Source: Blastocatellia bacterium | Lineage (GTDB): Bacteria > Acidobacteriota > Blastocatellia > UBA7656 | DNA: 64,000 nt | NCBI GenBank assembly: GCA_963765495.1 | Contig: CAVXWP010000009.1 | Coordinates: 704,001 to 768,000, forward strand | Direction of reading: 5' to 3' | The notes under the pieces: generated by a model | What the model saw: the letters and a program-made list of their open reading frames with translations, nothing else | The model's database searches: none | What the model was told of the DNA's origin: nothing | Made by a program: the position numbers and the translations under genes | In this document: positions 10,017-19,612 of the stretch, piece by piece | Position numbering within the stretch: the stretch's first letter is position 1 | Layout: the number at the start of each line of letters is the position of its first letter

Positions 10017-11978
10017 TCAACTGGAACTGAACGGGCTGTAATCGCTGTCTTCCCACCTGCGCTTCTCGAAGCTCAAGTGTCGGATAGCCACTAGCAGCGG
10101 GATGATCGAAAGCGCAAGCAGCGTGAGAAACAGGTGCAGCAGGCGGGGCACGCCCTGCTCTATCCTGACAGAAAGCGAAGCCGGTTGCTGCCATCTTTCC
10201 CACGATACTTCGAGCCTCAAGGTGTATTTGCCTTCGGGCAATGCCGAAATATGCTCTTCGGGCTTTTGCGATCCCTCGCTCCACGATTCGCCGTCGTCTA
10301 CGCCGTGATAGTATTCGACCGGGACTGCGAAAGACTGAACCAGCCCCGTCTCTTCGTTGACGAAATCGCCCTCGACATAAAGCCAGGTGTTGTCGACGGG
10401 CGCGCGGGCCATGACCTTGATATTCTGCCCGCCCTTGAGGTCGAACGGGTCGCTAAACATCACCTGCGGCGTATCGGCATTTGTCATCGGCTCAAGCGCG
10501 TAATTCTGCTCGAAGACTTGCCTGTGCGCGCCCGTAGCGATTATGCCTATCCCGAGCACAAAGGCGATAGCGCACAGCAATAACCAGTATTTGTAAATCG
10601 CCTTGTGAGGGAAAGGCTGATTTGGCGCGACCTTGGTCGGGCGCGGCAGCCCCGTTATGCCAAAGGTCTTTTCGACCTCCGAAGGTTTCAAATAAGAGCC
10701 AAGCGACCAGTTTATCTCTCCCGACTGCGCGGACGCGAATTTCTTTCGAGCGCTTTTCGCCTGACCTCTGTCTATAAGCGAAATCTCTCTTGAAAGCATC
10801 AATGGAGGGTGAATATAATCGGCGGCCGTGACCCTCTCGCCCGCCGTGACCTTCCAGTAAAACTCTCCCTGAACGTGTTCGACTCGCGCATTAGCGTTCT
10901 GATAGAGCTTAAAAGTTTTCCCGCGAAATTGAACCGTCTTGCCTTTGTCTATGATCTCGCCGGGCGGGACCGACTGAACGAAGTTCCAGTTGTCGTCGCT
11001 GCGCACGAGCCAGCGAAAACCGAGACGCGGATCGTAAAGCAGGTACTCTTCCCAGTAATAGCGCACGCCTTCAAACTCGACGCTGCGCTGCATGAAGCCG
11101 ATCACCATCAACTTGCCGCCTTCGAATTCGCCTACCGCGCCGAGCGGTATCACGGGTTTTACTTTCCCGGGCTTGAGCGCCTGGAGAAATTGCAGGCGGC
11201 CCTGATTTACATCCAGAAGCGAGCCGCAATTCGGGCAGGTCACACGCTCGGTCACATCGGGCGCTCTGAGCGAGAGCGGTCCTCCGCAATTCGGGCAGGA
11301 GAGTTGAAGCGCCGAGACCCTGCGAGCCTCGCGCTCGGGCGCAAGCGCGGTTTTCGGAATCCCGAGATCGTCTAAAGTAACCTCGCGGCCTATAAAGACG
11401 AGCGGTGTCTCTTCGCTGAAATCTATAGTGGCAAACTCGCCGCGTGGTCCTGAGAGGTCGGCGTATTGATACTGCGAGTCGGGAACCAGACGGTAAGGAA
11501 TCTCTCCTTTTGCGCCGAGCGCGCGAGCTACGCCTTTTTCCGTGACCACGAGCGGAACCTGAGAAGGCATAGCCGGAACCGGCTGTCCAAGCTCAAGAAA
11601 ATCAAAGGGTGGGAACAGCCTCTGTTCAGACAGCTTTATCTGAAAAGTCAGATAAAAGCGGCCCTGCGCTTCCGCGAGCCAGCCCCATCTGCCGTCTGCA
11701 AAGGCGGCGTACCACTCATCCCAGAAGCCCCCGGCTTCGTGGCCGAGTTGCGCACGCCCGGTCAATTCAAACGGGACGCCGTGATAGACGCCTCTCAAGC
11801 CTACGTTGAGCGGCGAGCCCGATTCGACCACTTCGGCTACCTTGCCGAGGTCTTCGAGCCTGCGGTCCCCGCGCGCCACGACCGACTGACAGAAATCGCA
11901 GATCACGACTATCGAAGAGCCTGACTTGAAAGTAATCGGACCGCCGCAGGAGGGACAGGAGGCTTCAATAGAACTCAT
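10017..11978 (-). CDS. DUF4178 domain protein (two Zn-ribbon plus DUF4178 units, TM-flanked C-terminal domain)
   Basis: CPSCGG..CDFC and CPNCGG..CPNC; WDEWY / WEEYLL; ATG 11978 overlaps speD stop. Confidence 0.85.
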   Translation of the reverse strand: MSSIEASCPSCGGPITFKSGSSIVVICDFCQSVVARGDRRLEDLGKVAEVVESGSPLNVGLRGVYHGVPFELTGRAQLGHEAGGFWDEWYAAFADGRWGWLAEAQGRFYLTFQIKLSEQRLFPPFDFLELGQPVPAMPSQVPLVVTEKGVARALGAKGEIPYRLVPDSQYQYADLSGPRGEFATIDFSEETPLVFIGREVTLDDLGIPKTALAPEREARRVSALQLSCPNCGGPLSLRAPDVTERVTCPNCGSLLDVNQGRLQFLQALKPGKVKPVIPLGAVGEFEGGKLMVIGFMQRSVEFEGVRYYWEEYLLYDPRLGFRWLVRSDDNWNFVQSVPPGEIIDKGKTVQFRGKTFKLYQNANARVEHVQGEFYWKVTAGERVTAADYIHPPLMLSREISLIDRGQAKSARKKFASAQSGEINWSLGSYLKPSEVEKTFGITGLPRPTKVAPNQPFPHKAIYKYWLLLCAIAFVLGIGIIATGAHRQVFEQNYALEPMTNADTPQVMFSDPFDLKGGQNIKVMARAPVDNTWLYVEGDFVNEETGLVQSFAVPVEYYHGVDDGESWSEGSQKPEEHISALPEGKYTLRLEVSWERWQQPASLSVRIEQGVPRLLHLFLTLLALSIIPLLVAIRHLSFEKRRWEDSDYSPFSSS

Positions 11979-12361
11979 CGCTCTCCTTTCTCTCGCGCCG
12001 TTGCCGCGAGTTCCACATCCGACCCGCGCGCGCAAAATCGCACCGTTACATAGAGAGCGCCGAGCATCTCTTTCAAACGATCCTCCCAGGGCCAGTCGGG
12101 GCGCGGCCTGCAACAATAGAGGTTGAAGGTAGCCATACCCGTTTCAGGATAAGTGTGGCAGGCAAGATGAGATTCGGTCAGCAGAAACAGCCCCGTCACT
12201 CCGCCGGGCGGCGGGAATTTATGCCAGACACCTTCGCCGATCACCTGTAGATCGAGTTCCGCGATTATACGTCGGCACACGCGGCGAACCGCATCGAGAT
12301 CGCCGAGAAGCGCCTCAGAGCATCCTGCCGCATCAACTGACCATTCGATTCCAACAATCAT
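11975..12361 (-). CDS. speD: S-adenosylmethionine decarboxylase proenzyme
   Basis: GGVTGLFLLTESHLACHTYPE (E-S autocleavage site), followed by FNLYCC. Confidence 0.9.
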   Translation of the reverse strand: MIVGIEWSVDAAGCSEALLGDLDAVRRVCRRIIAELDLQVIGEGVWHKFPPPGGVTGLFLLTESHLACHTYPETGMATFNLYCCRPRPDWPWEDRLKEMLGALYVTVRFCARGSDVELAATAREKGER

Positions 12362-12597
12362 GGGAAATGCTTACCAAAGAAATCCTATTAGAAATTCGTT
12401 GCCACTGTTAGACGCCGCCCGGACGTACAGCCCAACTTCTTTCTGACTGATCCCCTCAATCCTTATGTCGATACTGAGCGGGCCGTAATCACTCTGTTAT
12501 TCGGGAAGTGAGCTTATCATGCCGGGCGCAAATGACAAAAGCGATGAGGTAAAGCTAGTATTTGAGTAGAAAATTCTTTTGCTCGCGCGCGAATTCA

Positions 12598-13347
12598 CTA
12601 CCTTACCAATCTATGCGATGGATGACCTATGTGGATGTGCGCGCCGGTGGCCGAGCCCGCGACCGCCTGACGAAAGGCAATGAAGGGGATTCCGACACTG
12701 CGGAGATAGGCCATCAAAGCCTGCCCCTCGGCGCTGTCGGGATGTACGGCTACGTCAACGTTGTTGTGATGATCAAACCCCAGCCGGTCGTGTGTAGCCG
12801 ACTGGCCGAATGCGCTTATGGGAAGCGAACGACCAAACCTGCTTGTAAAGAAATTCTGCACCTTCGCTATCTCGGTAATAACCCACGGGGCTCCGCCGTT
12901 GTACCGGATGATGGCATTCGTAGCCCGATAAGCCCCCTTGGGTATTTCCGGCAGCTTCACTTCGGCGCTCGCCTCGGCTATTAGGTCGTCGGTTTCTGTG
13001 AGTTTCTGTTTAGTGTCGTCTACCTTCTGTTGCGCGGCTGATAGAGCTTGCTCGCTCTCTTCAAGCTCGCGCCGCGATATGATGCTCTGCTCAAGCAGGG
13101 CTTTTCGCTTCTCGACCGTTTCAGCCTTATCTTTTCTTTCGTCCTCAAGTAATGTCAGCAGTTTTTCGAGGCTTTCTTTATATTCTTTAGCCGCGTTTAC
13201 AAGATTGTTCCTCGATTCCTTAAGATCATTTATCGTTGGAGGCTTCGATTTGGCTTTCGGCTTTTTTGTCTGCGCTCCGACCGATAAGCCCGCCGCCGCA
13301 AGCGCGAGGAAGAGAATTATTCTTATGAAATACTTGCCGCTCATCAT
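12598..13347 (-). CDS. secreted coiled-coil protein with C-terminal putative LAS-type metallopeptidase domain
   Basis: Signal peptide, about 90-aa coiled coil, HDRLGFDHHNNVD and GAHIHIG motifs. Confidence 0.6.
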   Translation of the reverse strand: MMSGKYFIRIILFLALAAAGLSVGAQTKKPKAKSKPPTINDLKESRNNLVNAAKEYKESLEKLLTLLEDERKDKAETVEKRKALLEQSIISRRELEESEQALSAAQQKVDDTKQKLTETDDLIAEASAEVKLPEIPKGAYRATNAIIRYNGGAPWVITEIAKVQNFFTSRFGRSLPISAFGQSATHDRLGFDHHNNVDVAVHPDSAEGQALMAYLRSVGIPFIAFRQAVAGSATGAHIHIGHPSHRLVR

Positions 13348-13382
13348 TGATATTCTACTATAAAATCCTGCTATTTTTCGCT

Positions 13383-13661
13383 CTATTTTGTTAGATTGCC
13401 GTCGCGGGCGGTCGCGTTGCCGCCCTTTAATTTCTTCCCGTCATACCGCTCACAGATTCGCCATCGCTGGACCATGACTACTTGCCCGTCGGGCTTGAGC
13501 CTCACGCTTACCTCATCGCGCCTGGCCGGTCTTCCGCCTTCGCCGCGCGAGACTACATCTACCACCTCGCCGTAGCGAACTGCGCCCGAAAAAGTCCTGA
13601 AACCTACAATGTCGCCCGCTCGCACTGTTCTAATCATCAGCATACTCGCTCGCGCAATCAC
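13383..13661 (-). CDS. small hypothetical protein (SH3/KOW-like beta pattern)
   Basis: VRAGDIVGF...YGEVVDV; start uncertain. Confidence 0.45.
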   Translation of the reverse strand: MIARASMLMIRTVRAGDIVGFRTFSGAVRYGEVVDVVSRGEGGRPARRDEVSVRLKPDGQVVMVQRWRICERYDGKKLKGGNATARDGNLTK

Positions 13662-13747
13662 ATTGTACTACCAAATCAAGGATTATTCTCAGCCGGGCGA
13701 CAGGCGGGCGGGAAGGATAAGAATGGTTGGGAACCGAGGGTCCATTT

Positions 13748-13829
13748 TTTAGACAGGATTAACAGGATTTTTGTAGGATTCAACAAAAACCTCTTTTAAT
13801 CTTTTTGAATCCTGTCAATCCTGTCTAAA
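13748..13829. repeat. inverted nonamer array element (ACAGGATT(A/G))
   Basis: tttagacaggattaacaggatt ... aatcctgtcaatcctgtctaaa; directly after stop at 13833. Confidence 0.8.
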
Positions 13830-13832
13830 TGT

Positions 13833-14750
13833 TTATTCGGGTTTGGGCGAAGGCGGGGGAGCGGGATTGGCTACATCAATCACCACTTTCCACGATCCGC
13901 CTTCCTGCTTTTTCCAAATCCTCACATAGGTGCTGTACTCAGAAGGCTTCTGTTGCGCGCCGCTCTCATAATACTCCGCAACGCCGTATGTATAGCCCAT
14001 ATCGCCTGATCGGGCGACATCGGCAAAGGCGGGGTGCCAGACCAGTTTGCCCGGCCTGGCCGATAGAGTTTGTTGAATCTGCCGACCGTCCTTGACGGGA
14101 AAGTTGTCAGGGCGAAAGAGTATTGCATCAGAAGTCATATATGAACCGTAGGCCCTGGCTGCGCCCGTGGCCCCGGAGGCTTTTGAGAACTCGCGGTCGG
14201 TATTCAACAAGGCTGACTTCTCAGCCTCTACGTCTACTTTTCGCGCAGGCTTTTGGGCAGATTTCGCGGCCATTTTCGGGAGTTCCAAAACGGGAGTCGT
14301 GGTAGGTTGAGGGTTGTCGATACCCGTATCAATTACAAACTTCCACTCGCCGTCAGCCTGCCGTTTCCAGACCGTGACGTAATTGCCAAAGGCTACCGCC
14401 TTTTCATCCTCGGCCTTTTCTCTGTACTCCCACGGACCCGTAGTGTAGCCAAGATCGCCCGCCCTCGATATTTCAGCCTTGACCGGCTCCCAGGTCAGCT
14501 TACCGGGGTTAGGGGGGCGTTCGCCGTACCATTTCCTGCCGTTTACCGCGTAAGGGCGAAAGACTATGGCATCCTCAGCCAGGTTTGCAAGAAAAGCATC
14601 GCGGATTCCACTGGCCACAGACCGGGCGGCGAACTGGCGCTCCGCGTCCACCAGAGAGTGGAGGTCGCTATCAGTATTCATCTTCTGAGCGATTGCGCTC
14701 GCGGCAAAAATAAGCAAAGTTGCCGATAACAGAATCTGTTTCTTCATCAT
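13833..14750 (-). CDS. secreted tandem DUF4440/NTF2-like protein
   Basis: Two copies of LxWxP...SRxGD(L/M)GYT.G...YVx(V/I)WK(R/K)QxxGxWK. Confidence 0.85.
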   Translation of the reverse strand: MMKKQILLSATLLIFAASAIAQKMNTDSDLHSLVDAERQFAARSVASGIRDAFLANLAEDAIVFRPYAVNGRKWYGERPPNPGKLTWEPVKAEISRAGDLGYTTGPWEYREKAEDEKAVAFGNYVTVWKRQADGEWKFVIDTGIDNPQPTTTPVLELPKMAAKSAQKPARKVDVEAEKSALLNTDREFSKASGATGAARAYGSYMTSDAILFRPDNFPVKDGRQIQQTLSARPGKLVWHPAFADVARSGDMGYTYGVAEYYESGAQQKPSEYSTYVRIWKKQEGGSWKVVIDVANPAPPPSPKPE

Positions 14751-14778
14751 TACTCCTTCTTACTTACAGAGCTATGTT

Positions 14779-16104
14779 TCAAAGTTTAGTCTTTAAGATG
14801 ACCGGCTCTTGAAGCTTCTCAACGGCCAGATTGCCTTTGCCGTCAATCGCGTCCCACTGGCTGTTTGCGATGTAATAAAACTCATTCTTTACGACCACGC
14901 CAAGCGTAAGCTCATCAAACAGGGGGTTATTCGCCTCGATGATTTCCAGCTTCTCAATGCGAGTTTGATCGCCGTTCAAAAGGACGCGGGCTATGCGTTG
15001 AGGGCTTATGCCGTTTTGAACCACTACGAGGCTGCCGCTTGAAAAATAGAGTCCGTCTATGCCAAGGGCGCACACGTTTTCGGGGCCGGGAATGAGCGAA
15101 AGTTTCTTGCTCGGCAAATCGATCTTCCAGATGCCCTTTGAGTAATCGGCTATGAACAACTGCTTGCCGTCTGCCGAGAAATCGAGTCCCTGTAGCGATT
15201 CAAACTCGCTCGATTCGAGGAACGGCTCAAGCTCGTCCTTCTGACGACGAATAACGTAGACGGCGGGTGTACCGCTATCGGTGACGAAAACATCTCCGTC
15301 TGTGCTCACGACAAGATCGCCGAAAACATGATTTTTCGATCTGTCGGCAAGCACATATTTTTTCAGCAGTTTCCCGGTCTTCAGGTCATATTTAAAGACG
15401 CCGGTCTGGTTCTTATCCTCTTCTCTGAACCCCGACATCTGAGGCAGAGCGGCCGTGCATACCCACAGAGCGCGCTGATGCGGGTCCACCTTCATCCCAA
15501 GCACGCTCCATAACCCATCCGAAACGGCGGAGAAATCCTTTGCCTCGCCTGACCTGTTTACATTGATTATCTTTCGTCGGTGAACGCTGCTGATGTAAAA
15601 CGTACTTGTGGCGGGATCATATGCGAGCCCTTCGGTGATCAGCCCCTTCTCAGAAATTCTAAACGCCGCCGCGCTGTGATTTATCGGGGCCTTGTTGAGA
15701 TCAAATTTTTTGAGTATCGCCTCAAACTCATCCGTGCCCTTGATCGAATCAAGATCGGTGTCGCCGGATGCGGGATAGACAAGTCCCATACTGGCTACTC
15801 TATCCAGCCACTCGATTGATTCCCTCTTGTTTCCGGCAAGAGCGTAGGCGCAGGCAAGATTGTACATCAGCCTCGGAGAAGACGGTCTCAGGCTCTGAGC
15901 CATCTTGAGGTTATCGAGGAACGCGGGATAATCCTTTGCCTCATAAGCGCGAGTCGCCTGCTGATAATAATACTTCAGGTCTTTCGGCGCATTTTCCTGT
16001 GCGGAAGAACTGACCTGAGCAGAAAGCAATGCCGCGCACAGAGCCAATTGAAAGGCCCCGGCTCGGACCCGTGCAACGTAGCGTTTAAGATTTGTCCAGA
16101 TCAT
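14779..16104 (-). CDS. secreted TPR plus SMP-30/gluconolactonase-like beta-propeller protein
   Basis: YNLACAYAL TPR; ITEGLAYD, FGDLVV, QGLDFS, IDGLYF propeller blades; start ATG 16104. Confidence 0.75.
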   Translation of the reverse strand: MIWTNLKRYVARVRAGAFQLALCAALLSAQVSSSAQENAPKDLKYYYQQATRAYEAKDYPAFLDNLKMAQSLRPSSPRLMYNLACAYALAGNKRESIEWLDRVASMGLVYPASGDTDLDSIKGTDEFEAILKKFDLNKAPINHSAAAFRISEKGLITEGLAYDPATSTFYISSVHRRKIINVNRSGEAKDFSAVSDGLWSVLGMKVDPHQRALWVCTAALPQMSGFREEDKNQTGVFKYDLKTGKLLKKYVLADRSKNHVFGDLVVSTDGDVFVTDSGTPAVYVIRRQKDELEPFLESSEFESLQGLDFSADGKQLFIADYSKGIWKIDLPSKKLSLIPGPENVCALGIDGLYFSSGSLVVVQNGISPQRIARVLLNGDQTRIEKLEIIEANNPLFDELTLGVVVKNEFYYIANSQWDAIDGKGNLAVEKLQEPVILKTKL

Positions 16105-16263
16105 AAAATTGCCTCGAATAAGAGAAGATAAATGAAGCGGCGGGAAAGGACTACGGGGCAAAGGTAAGTTTAACAAACCGGGGACAGTTTTCACACTTTT
16201 TTACAATGTAGCGAGTCTTTATGATCTGATCCGCTAGTATCCATACGACAGGATATATCTTTA

Positions 16264-16980
16264 TCACCTGTACAAAAGGCTCGTATCGCCTTTTTCTTCT
16301 TTAACAAGCTTGCCATCGAGCATATGAATCAATCGGTCTGCCATGTGAACAAAGCGCGGGTCGTGAGTCACCATGCAGATCGTAGCGCCGTCGCCGTGTA
16401 ATTCGCGCAGCATCTTCATTATGGTTTCGCCGTTTGCGGAATCGAGATTTCCGGTAGGCTCGTCGGCAAGCAGTATTCGCGGGCGACCCACAAGCGCGCG
16501 GGCAACCGCTACGCGCTGCTGCTGCCCGCCCGATAGCTGGCTGGGCCGTCGCCGCGCCTGATCCATCATTCCCACCCTTTCAAGTGCTTCGGTGACGGCG
16601 CGCTTGCGCTCAGAGGATTTCATCTTCTGGTAGGCAAGCGGCTGCTCTACGTTTTCAAAGATAGTCATATCACCTATCAGATTGAAGCTCTGGAATACGA
16701 AACCGATCTCGTGATTGCGAATGCGGGCGCGGTCTGAAGCGCTCAAGTTATGGACCGGTTTGCCGTCAAAACAATAGACGCCCTCCGTAGGCGAGTCCAT
16801 CAATCCCAGGATCGAAAGCAGAGTGGATTTGCCGCAGCCCGAAGGCCCGATGATCGAGACATATTCTCCGATATTGATCTCAAGGTCAATGCCTGTCAGG
16901 ACGGGAGATTCCACCTGTCCGTTGCGAAAAACTCTCGTAACATCTTCCATGAAAATCAGCGGCGACCAGGACTTGCTCAT
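16264..16980 (-). CDS. ABC transporter ATP-binding protein (LolD/MacB-type)
   Basis: [33 protein letters not shown]. Confidence 0.9.
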   Translation of the reverse strand: MSKSWSPLIFMEDVTRVFRNGQVESPVLTGIDLEINIGEYVSIIGPSGCGKSTLLSILGLMDSPTEGVYCFDGKPVHNLSASDRARIRNHEIGFVFQSFNLIGDMTIFENVEQPLAYQKMKSSERKRAVTEALERVGMMDQARRRPSQLSGGQQQRVAVARALVGRPRILLADEPTGNLDSANGETIMKMLRELHGDGATICMVTHDPRFVHMADRLIHMLDGKLVKEEKGDTSLLYR

Positions 16981-17045
16981 ATTATCTCCTTACCAGTTTC
17001 TGACTAAATCGTAACGCTATGAATCGGGCAGAGGCAACAGGCCAT

Positions 17046-17138
17046 GCGTGATTCGTGATTCGTGATTCGTGACCTTATAAACAAAGCTCTTTTTACAGGG
17101 AATGCCAGGTCTCACGAATCACGAATCACGAATCACGC
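17046..17138. repeat. inverted heptamer array element (CGTGATT)n / (AATCACG)n, perfect 27-bp arms
   Basis: Arms 17046-17072 and 17112-17138; the right arm contains the stop codon of the aminotransferase. Confidence 0.9.
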
Positions 17139-18224
17139 CCTCAAATCATCAAGCGCGGAAGCCAGTCTTTCAAGCCCCGTGGCAAGCAACCCTGAGTCGC
17201 CTCCAAGACCTATGCGAAAATGATCGGCCATCTCAAAGAACTTTCCGGGCACGACCGTAGCGTCATACTTTTCGCGCAGCAAGGCGCACAACTCATCAAC
17301 GTTTCCCCGAATCAGTTTCGGGAAAGAGGTGGTTCCAAACTCGGTCCTTAGCGCCTGCAAATCATCACGCGAATCGAGAAACTGGTCGAGCAGGGCGCGG
17401 TTCTTTTCGAGTCGCTTGCGGGCGGACGCGGCGATCTCCTCGAGATTATCGAGAGCTATGCAGCTTAACCGCTCGGCCGCGTGCGCGGGGATCACGCCAT
17501 ACAGATCGTTCAATCGCCACATCCTCGCGGCAAGCGTGGGCGCGGCCAGCACCCAGCCACATCGCAGCCCGCTCAAGCCGTAGGCTTTCGTCAAACTGCT
17601 GGTTACGATAAACTCACCGCCCAGATGAACGGACGAAGGCGGCGCTTTATCAAACATCGCTTCCAGATATACTTCATCAACCAGCACTCTCGCGCCCACC
17701 CGCCGCGCTATCTCTCCAACGCGGCTCAGAGTGTCGTTTTCAACCAGCGCGCTGCTCGGATTATGGAGGTTGGTTATGATAACGAGCCGCGTGCGCGAGG
17801 TGATTTTGCGTTCTATCTCGTCCGCATCAATGCGAAAGTCGTCTTCCAGTCTTCTTGAAAACCTTTTGATGTTTGCGCCCAGATAAAGAGCCGCACTCAC
17901 AAGCAGTTCGTATGTAGGATGTTCGATCAGAACCTCATCGCCCGGTTCGAGGACGGCAGCCATCGCCAGATGATTTGCCATCGAAGTGCCTGTGGCAGCG
18001 ACTACGGTGTCAAGGTCAACGCCGCTTTTTGCCGCAAGCCTCTGCTGAAGCGGCTCGTACCCGTACAGGCTTGGGCCGCTCAACTCAAGGTCTTCGAGCG
18101 CGACCGGGAAGTTTGAAATCGAATAGTTGTCTATGCCGCTCGTCGCCAGATTGTACGTCGCGCGCGAGCGGGTCTTTGCCCAGTACATGTAATCGGATGT
18201 GATTTTTCGTCTAGCTTCGCTCAT
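17133..18224 (-). CDS. PLP-dependent aminotransferase class I/II
   Basis: TNLHNPS, VDEVY, SSLTKAYGLSGLRCGW; ATGA overlap with upstream permease. Confidence 0.88.
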   Translation of the reverse strand: MSEARRKITSDYMYWAKTRSRATYNLATSGIDNYSISNFPVALEDLELSGPSLYGYEPLQQRLAAKSGVDLDTVVAATGTSMANHLAMAAVLEPGDEVLIEHPTYELLVSAALYLGANIKRFSRRLEDDFRIDADEIERKITSRTRLVIITNLHNPSSALVENDTLSRVGEIARRVGARVLVDEVYLEAMFDKAPPSSVHLGGEFIVTSSLTKAYGLSGLRCGWVLAAPTLAARMWRLNDLYGVIPAHAAERLSCIALDNLEEIAASARKRLEKNRALLDQFLDSRDDLQALRTEFGTTSFPKLIRGNVDELCALLREKYDATVVPGKFFEMADHFRIGLGGDSGLLATGLERLASALDDLRA

Positions 18225-19612
18225 CCCTTGCGCCTCCACCAGCGCCAGAAAAAGTAGACCGGGATTCCGGCTATCATTATCGCAAGGCCGATGCTGCTGT
18301 TTTCAGGAAATCTGTAAATTGTGTTTATCACCACAAGCCAGCAGGCGGCCACAAAAAAGAGCGTCGTGAACGGATGGCCCGGTATACGGTAGCTCGCCTC
18401 TTCGCTTTTGCCGTTTGCCCGGTCGCGGCGACGGAAGACAAAAATGCAGGTGGCCGTGAGACCAAAAAAGATAAAATCCACCGACACGACATAATTAAGT
18501 ATCTGATCGTACCGGCCTGAAAGCGCGATCACTATGGCGAGCGCCCCCTGCAAGGCAATCGCTATGACAGGCACAAGCGTACGTGGATCGAGCCACGCCA
18601 CGCTTTTGAAAAACAGCCGGTCCTCGGCCATTGCGAAATAGACGCGAGGCGCTGTGAGCATGCCCTGACTCAGAAATCCGAGAGTCGAAACGGCAATGCC
18701 TACGGCAATCAATCGTGCACCCCTTTCGCCTAAAACGAGTCTCATCACTTCGGATGCAGGCGTGGTAGTTGCGGCAAGCCTTTCGACTCCAAGCGCGTTC
18801 AGACAGGCGAAGTTTACTCCAAGATAGAGCAGCACGACGCCGAGCACGCCTATCAACAATCCGCGAGGCAGATTCTTGCGAGGTTCGCGCATCTCGCCCG
18901 CTATGAAATTGGCCGTCTGCCACCCGCCGTAAGCAAACAGCACCGGAATCATTGCCGCGCCCATCGCCGTCACTAAATCAAACGAGGTTTGAGCCGACTC
19001 GGTCGTCTGAGAACTCGATACCGTTTGACCGCCGCCTGTGGCCATCAGCCCATAGCCGATCAGCGCAGCGATGGCCGCTATCTTCATGACCATCAGCGCG
19101 TTCTGCACGGAACTGCCCGCGCGCACGCCCAGACAGTTGATTATGGTAAGCACGCCTAAAGCTATCGAGGCCACAAGCCAGTCGGGCGCAGCCGCGCCCG
19201 TAAGATCGACAAAGTATTTCGCAAAAGTCACGGCTACGGCGGCCATGCCCCCGGTCTGAGTGACAAGCAACAGCGCCCAGCCGTAAATAAAGGCCACCGA
19301 CGGATGATAGGCTTCGCGGATGTAGGCATATTGCCCGCCCACTTCGGGTCGCCGCGCTGCAAGTTCGGCGTAGATGAAAGCGCCCGCAAGCGCGATCAAC
19401 CCGCCAAGCGCCCACGCGCTCAGAATCAACACCGGAGTGTGAACCCGACGAGCGACTACGGAGGGGTTTATGAATATCCCCGCGCCTATTATCCCGCCCA
19501 TCACGATCATCGTGGCATCGAAAAGGCCCAGCTTGCGGGCCAGTTTCGGGGCCGTTTCCGCGCCAATCGCTTCATTAGTTCTCGTTGCTTGATTGCTTTT
19601 GCCGGTTTTCAT
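18221..19612 (-). CDS. APC family amino acid permease
   Basis: LGLFDATMIVMGGIIGAGIF, YAELAA..P..GGQY, FAYGGW, GEMREPRKNLPR. Confidence 0.9.
   Translation of the reverse strand: MKTGKSNQATRTNEAIGAETAPKLARKLGLFDATMIVMGGIIGAGIFINPSVVARRVHTPVLILSAWALGGLIALAGAFIYAELAARRPEVGGQYAYIREAYHPSVAFIYGWALLLVTQTGGMAAVAVTFAKYFVDLTGAAAPDWLVASIALGVLTIINCLGVRAGSSVQNALMVMKIAAIAALIGYGLMATGGGQTVSSSQTTESAQTSFDLVTAMGAAMIPVLFAYGGWQTANFIAGEMREPRKNLPRGLLIGVLGVVLLYLGVNFACLNALGVERLAATTTPASEVMRLVLGERGARLIAVGIAVSTLGFLSQGMLTAPRVYFAMAEDRLFFKSVAWLDPRTLVPVIAIALQGALAIVIALSGRYDQILNYVVSVDFIFFGLTATCIFVFRRRDRANGKSEEASYRIPGHPFTTLFFVAACWLVVINTIYRFPENSSIGLAIMIAGIPVYFFWRWWRRKG

Noticed and set aside
12362-12597. Possible SAM or polyamine riboswitch upstream of speD
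   Set aside because: No SAM-I/II consensus elements or convincing stems seen by eye; an Rfam scan would be needed
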